DNA of 64,000 nucleotides from Candidatus Bathyarchaeia archaeon (GTDB lineage Archaea; Thermoproteota; Bathyarchaeia; Bathyarchaeales; Bathycorpusculaceae): NCBI GenBank assembly GCA_050015395.1, contig JBEKBM010000011.1, positions 22,940 to 86,939 of the forward strand, read 5' to 3'. Shown piece by piece: positions 60,018 to 64,000 of this stretch (position 1 is its first letter; each line of letters starts with the position of its first letter). The notes under the pieces were generated by a model. It saw only the letters and a program-made list of their open reading frames with translations, ran no database searches and was not told where the DNA came from. The position numbers and the translations under genes were made by a program.

Positions 60018-60423
60018 TAGTGTTCCATTAAATCCCATAATACTCAGAAAAAAAAGAAAGAGAGAAAACCACTTTTGAAAATTCAGTATAGTAATTGTTA
60101 CATTCAAATTCCTTCGGATAATGTTGAAATGCTCAAGTTAGCTAGCGCAGCCCTAGAATTTTTTACTGATTATTTCAAGAACAAAGAGAAGACCTTGGAG
60201 ACCCCAACCAAATGAAGTGCGCGTGTGGCGAGTTTGCGAATGTCTGGGAAGGCAACAAGAAAGAGTGTACTGGATGTTATCTTAAGCGGATGCGAGGAAA
60301 CAACAAATGAACCTGGAAGGCAAGCGCGCGTCTGTGGACAGTGATGCGCTCAGGGATAAGGAAGTGAATTCGCAGCGTGGAAGAGCAACAACAGGAACAG
60401 AAAGATCAAAGGACTCGAAGATC

Positions 60424-63255
60424 ATGGGAAACGTGAAGTTTGTCTTTGATTTTGAAGAGGGAGATGGCAAGAATAAGCAACTTTTAGGAGGAAAAGGATC
60501 CGGCTTAGTTGAGATGACCCAGATTGGGCTTCCCATACCCTTCGGCTGTGTTATTACCACTGAAGCCTGTCGCCAGTACTATGCTAAGAGCAAGAAGCTT
60601 CCAGATGGTCTCATGGCTGAAGTAACGAAACATATGAAACGTCTCGAGAACAAGACAAAAAAAGGCTTTGGCAATGCTGAGAATCCACTCATTGTATCTG
60701 TTAGATCTGGCGCAGCCTTATCAATGCCCGGCATGATGGATACCATACTCAATCTTGGACTCAATGACCCAGTTGTAGAGGGACTTGGAAAGGCTACAAA
60801 GAACCGCCGTTTTGCCTATGACGCATACCGCCGGTTCCTGCAACTCTTCGGAAAAATTGCAATGGGAGTGGATGAGAGCTATTTTGATAGTATCCTTGAA
60901 ACTACCAAGAAACAGCTCGGCGTCGAATTTGACACGGACATAGACACAGACGATCTCCTTAAGATTTGCAACGAGTTCAAGGAAGTTTTCAAAAAAGAAT
61001 TGGGGCAGGAATTCCCTCAAGATCCTTGGAAACAACTCCAAATGGCTATCGAAGCGGTTTTTCGTTCATGGAGGGGAAAACGCGCCATCGACTATCGCAG
61101 GGAATTTAAGATCACTCCGAAAATAGCTGATGGCACCGCGGTTAACATCGTTACCATGGTATTCGGAAACATGGGCAATGACTCTGCAACAGGCGTTGGT
61201 TTCACAAGAGATCCTGGAACCGGTGAGAATGCACTTTTCGGAGAGTACCTGATCAATGCGCAGGGTGAAGATGTGGTTGCAGGGATAAGAACGCCTGAAC
61301 CGATTGCTCAGTTGAAAAAAGAAATGCCACAACAGTACGAAGAGATTGAGGTGATCCGCCAAGTCCTAGAGCAGCACTTTCGTGAGGTGCAAGATTTCGA
61401 ATTCACAATTGAGCGGGGAAAACTCTATTTGCTCCAGACCCGAAACGCGAAGATGAACGCGACGGCATTCATCAAGACATCTCTTGACATGGTGTCAGAG
61501 AAACTCCTCACTAAGGAGAAAGCTCTTCTTCGTATAAGCCCGGAGCATCTTGAACAGATTTTCCACCATCGAATCGACCCGACGGCGCATGCTGAACCAG
61601 TTGCGGAAGGCATCCCTGCTTCTCCAGGGGCCGCTCATGGAAAAGTCGTCTTTGATGCTGACGAGGCCGAACGACGGGGGCGATTGGGCGAAGCAGTCAT
61701 CCTCGTGAGGGAAGAAACGAAGCCGGAAGACATTCATGGATTCTTTCAGGCGAGAGGAATACTAACCAGCCGCGGCGGAAAGACCTCCCATGCGGCCGTA
61801 GTTGCACGGGGAATGGGAAAACCGTGTGTTGTAGGCTGCAGAGATATCCAGATTCAAAACCATAGCAAATCAGCCCTCTTTAAAGAACACAAAGTTGTGG
61901 CAGGCGACGTCATCACGATCGACGGAGCTACTGGATCGATTTATCTTGGGGCGGTCCCCACTGTTGATCCACAGTTCGGCCCAGAATTGAGTACGATTTT
62001 CAGATGGGCCGATGAGATTAGAACTCTAGGGGTGCGAGCTAATGCTGACACTCCGGAGGATGCTGCGAGGGCCAAAAAATTCGGAGCCGAGGGGATTGGT
62101 CTCTGCCGTACGGAAAGAATGTTCAATTCCACAGATCGTCTACCGATTGTTCGTGAGATGATTCTCGCTGACAGTGCCACAGAGAGACAGGCGGCTCTGG
62201 ACCGGCTTCTGCCAATGCAGAAAAATGATTTCAAACAGATTCTAAAGATAATGGAAGGACTTCCCGTGACGATCCGCCTTATCGATCCACCGCTTCATGA
62301 GTTCCTGCCTTCTATAGAATCGCTTTTACAGGAGATCGAACGGCTCAAGGACGTGCAACAAGGTCTTCAACAGATGGAAATGATATCTGATTCTGTTAAG
62401 GTCAGCCTGGAGCCTTCACTCCAGAAATACATCCCTAAGGTAGAAAATGTCATTAGTGAGCTTTCAGAAATCAAGGAAGATCATCCTCTTGACGAACTAA
62501 TCAAGAAGAAAGAAGAGATTCTACAAAAGGTTCGCGAGACTGTCGAAGTCAATCCTATGCTAGGACACCGAGGTGTAAGGCTGGGCATCAAATATCCTGA
62601 GATCTACCAAATGCAGATTCAAGCTTGTCTTGAGGCTTCCGCGGAACTACTCAATGAAGGTGTGGATGCTCAACCTGAGATCATGATTCCCCAAGTAGTT
62701 ACGTCGCAAGAACTCAAGAGGGTCCGCAGGTGGCTGGAAGACATAAAGGAGGAAGTTGAGATAAAACACGGTGTTCAATTGCACATTCAATTTGGGACGA
62801 TGATTGAAACGGTTAGGGCTTGCATGCGAGCTGGTCGACTGGCACAGGTAACCGACTTCTTTTCATTTGGTACAAATGACTTGACTCAGGCCACTTTTTC
62901 TTTCTCAAGGGAGGATGCGGAGAACAAGTTTCTGCCTCTCTATAATGAGTTGAAGATTCTTATTGATAATCCCTTCGAGGTTCTGGACATTAAAGGGGTG
63001 GGTAGACTTATGAAAATCACCATTGATTGGGGCAAAAAAGGTAATTCTAAACTCAAAGTGGGCATCTGCGGTGAACACGCCGGTAATCCTCGCAGTGTGG
63101 AATTCTTTCAAGCTCTTGGTCTAACCTATGTAAGCTGTTCCCCATACCGTGTTCCGATTGTTAGACTCGTGGCAGCTCAAGCCAGACTTAGAGAAATGAT
63201 GTTGACTTCAGCTGAATTAAATAATCCCGACTACCCTTTCAACGTTTTCTTGTGA
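60424..63255 (+). CDS. ppdK: Pyruvate, phosphate dikinase
   Basis: LLGGKG, SVRSGA, SMPGMMDT, GGKTSHAAVVARG, GLCRTE, SFGTNDLTQ, GICGEH. Confidence 0.96.
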   Translation: MGNVKFVFDFEEGDGKNKQLLGGKGSGLVEMTQIGLPIPFGCVITTEACRQYYAKSKKLPDGLMAEVTKHMKRLENKTKKGFGNAENPLIVSVRSGAALSMPGMMDTILNLGLNDPVVEGLGKATKNRRFAYDAYRRFLQLFGKIAMGVDESYFDSILETTKKQLGVEFDTDIDTDDLLKICNEFKEVFKKELGQEFPQDPWKQLQMAIEAVFRSWRGKRAIDYRREFKITPKIADGTAVNIVTMVFGNMGNDSATGVGFTRDPGTGENALFGEYLINAQGEDVVAGIRTPEPIAQLKKEMPQQYEEIEVIRQVLEQHFREVQDFEFTIERGKLYLLQTRNAKMNATAFIKTSLDMVSEKLLTKEKALLRISPEHLEQIFHHRIDPTAHAEPVAEGIPASPGAAHGKVVFDADEAERRGRLGEAVILVREETKPEDIHGFFQARGILTSRGGKTSHAAVVARGMGKPCVVGCRDIQIQNHSKSALFKEHKVVAGDVITIDGATGSIYLGAVPTVDPQFGPELSTIFRWADEIRTLGVRANADTPEDAARAKKFGAEGIGLCRTERMFNSTDRLPIVREMILADSATERQAALDRLLPMQKNDFKQILKIMEGLPVTIRLIDPPLHEFLPSIESLLQEIERLKDVQQGLQQMEMISDSVKVSLEPSLQKYIPKVENVISELSEIKEDHPLDELIKKKEEILQKVRETVEVNPMLGHRGVRLGIKYPEIYQMQIQACLEASAELLNEGVDAQPEIMIPQVVTSQELKRVRRWLEDIKEEVEIKHGVQLHIQFGTMIETVRACMRAGRLAQVTDFFSFGTNDLTQATFSFSREDAENKFLPLYNELKILIDNPFEVLDIKGVGRLMKITIDWGKKGNSKLKVGICGEHAGNPRSVEFFQALGLTYVSCSPYRVPIVRLVAAQARLREMMLTSAELNNPDYPFNVFL

Positions 63256-63361
63256 GATCAAAAACATCTCAAGAGTTGTATCCCAATATTTCTCTTCATT
63301 GGTTTATGCCTTGGCAAACTCATGACTAACCCAAAGATAATCGTTCTGCAGCCCACAACTA

Positions 63362-63643
63362 GTGCGTGCGGCTGTTCCCAAATTCATCTGTGAAACCCGA
63401 AGACTTGGCCGGTTATTGTGTGGGAACTTCGGCTGTAGCAACCGAAGTTGGCGCGACGCCTTGCGCTATTCTGATTTTGGAGACAAAATACAACGATGGC
63501 TCTGTCGAGAGTGCGGTCTCCGATTCTCAGACCCAAACGACGTTAAAAAGCGCGCTGGCTTGTCCCTAAAATATGAACGTTTATTTTTGGGTTGGGGTCT
63601 CGTATCAAATGAGTTGCGTCCAAGCTTAGGAGGTGAGTCCTAG
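63362..63643 (+). pseudogene. Zn-ribbon fragment (mobile-element/integrase N-terminus-like)
   Basis: CSNRSWRDALRY...IQRWLCRECGLRFS. Confidence 0.45.
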
Positions 63644-64000
63644 CGGGACAAGACGAAGCTGATTCCCAAACAGTCTTCAGCGAAATTGAGAAGTACAATC
63701 TCGCAATCAATAAGGTTAGAGGTTTAGGGGACGTAGCTTCATACGCGCTTTTCAGTATTTTGTGCTTAGTTCTGAACCGAGAGGTAGCAGAAAACATCGG
63801 AAGATTCGACAAAGCAGTCTCACCTACCTACTTCAACACATAATAAAGGGACAAGGCAGCGCGGCGCGCGCGGATTCCAAGAACGTGGCCTGCTTGGAAG
63901 ACTCGTTTATTTCGCTTAGCCCTTTACAGATGGAAAATTCTCGACTTAATTGTGATTTGCGCAAAAGTAAACTTTATGTAAATAACAGAAAGTTGCATGC

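Noticed and set aside
1-64000. CRISPR array or cas genes
   Set aside because: No regularly spaced repeat-spacer units and no Cas motifs were seen.

Overview
Archaeal DNA; the gene content (archaeal pilus locus, TrmB, PEF-CTERM surface protein, archaeal-type IleRS and integrases) suggests Bathyarchaeia, which is an inference. From left to right: (1) a SelD-like/TusA/DsrE operon divergent from a LysR gene; (2) an archaeal type IV pilus locus with two tandem pilin paralogues; (3) TrmB, a degenerate tRNA-Asn and a MoxR/vWA pair; (4) a 8,989-bp tyrosine-recombinase element inserted in a G1 glutamic peptidase gene. It is bounded by an 8-bp direct repeat (CTATATTT) with ACACA-N8-TGTGT boxes at both ends, and precise excision restores a 260-aa in-frame peptidase whose catalytic Gln and Glu now lie on opposite sides; (5) a ~165-nt conserved non-coding element in two inverted copies bracketing the vWA-MoxR-peptidase block; (6) core genes (GNAT, GT4, ileS); (7) tRNA-Ala(CGC) with a 24-bp att duplication, a 5.3-kb island of secreted proteins, and a decayed integrase followed by a mosaic of metabolic genes, pseudogenes, IS110 remnants and ppdK. 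All calls come from reading motifs by eye; no database searches were run.
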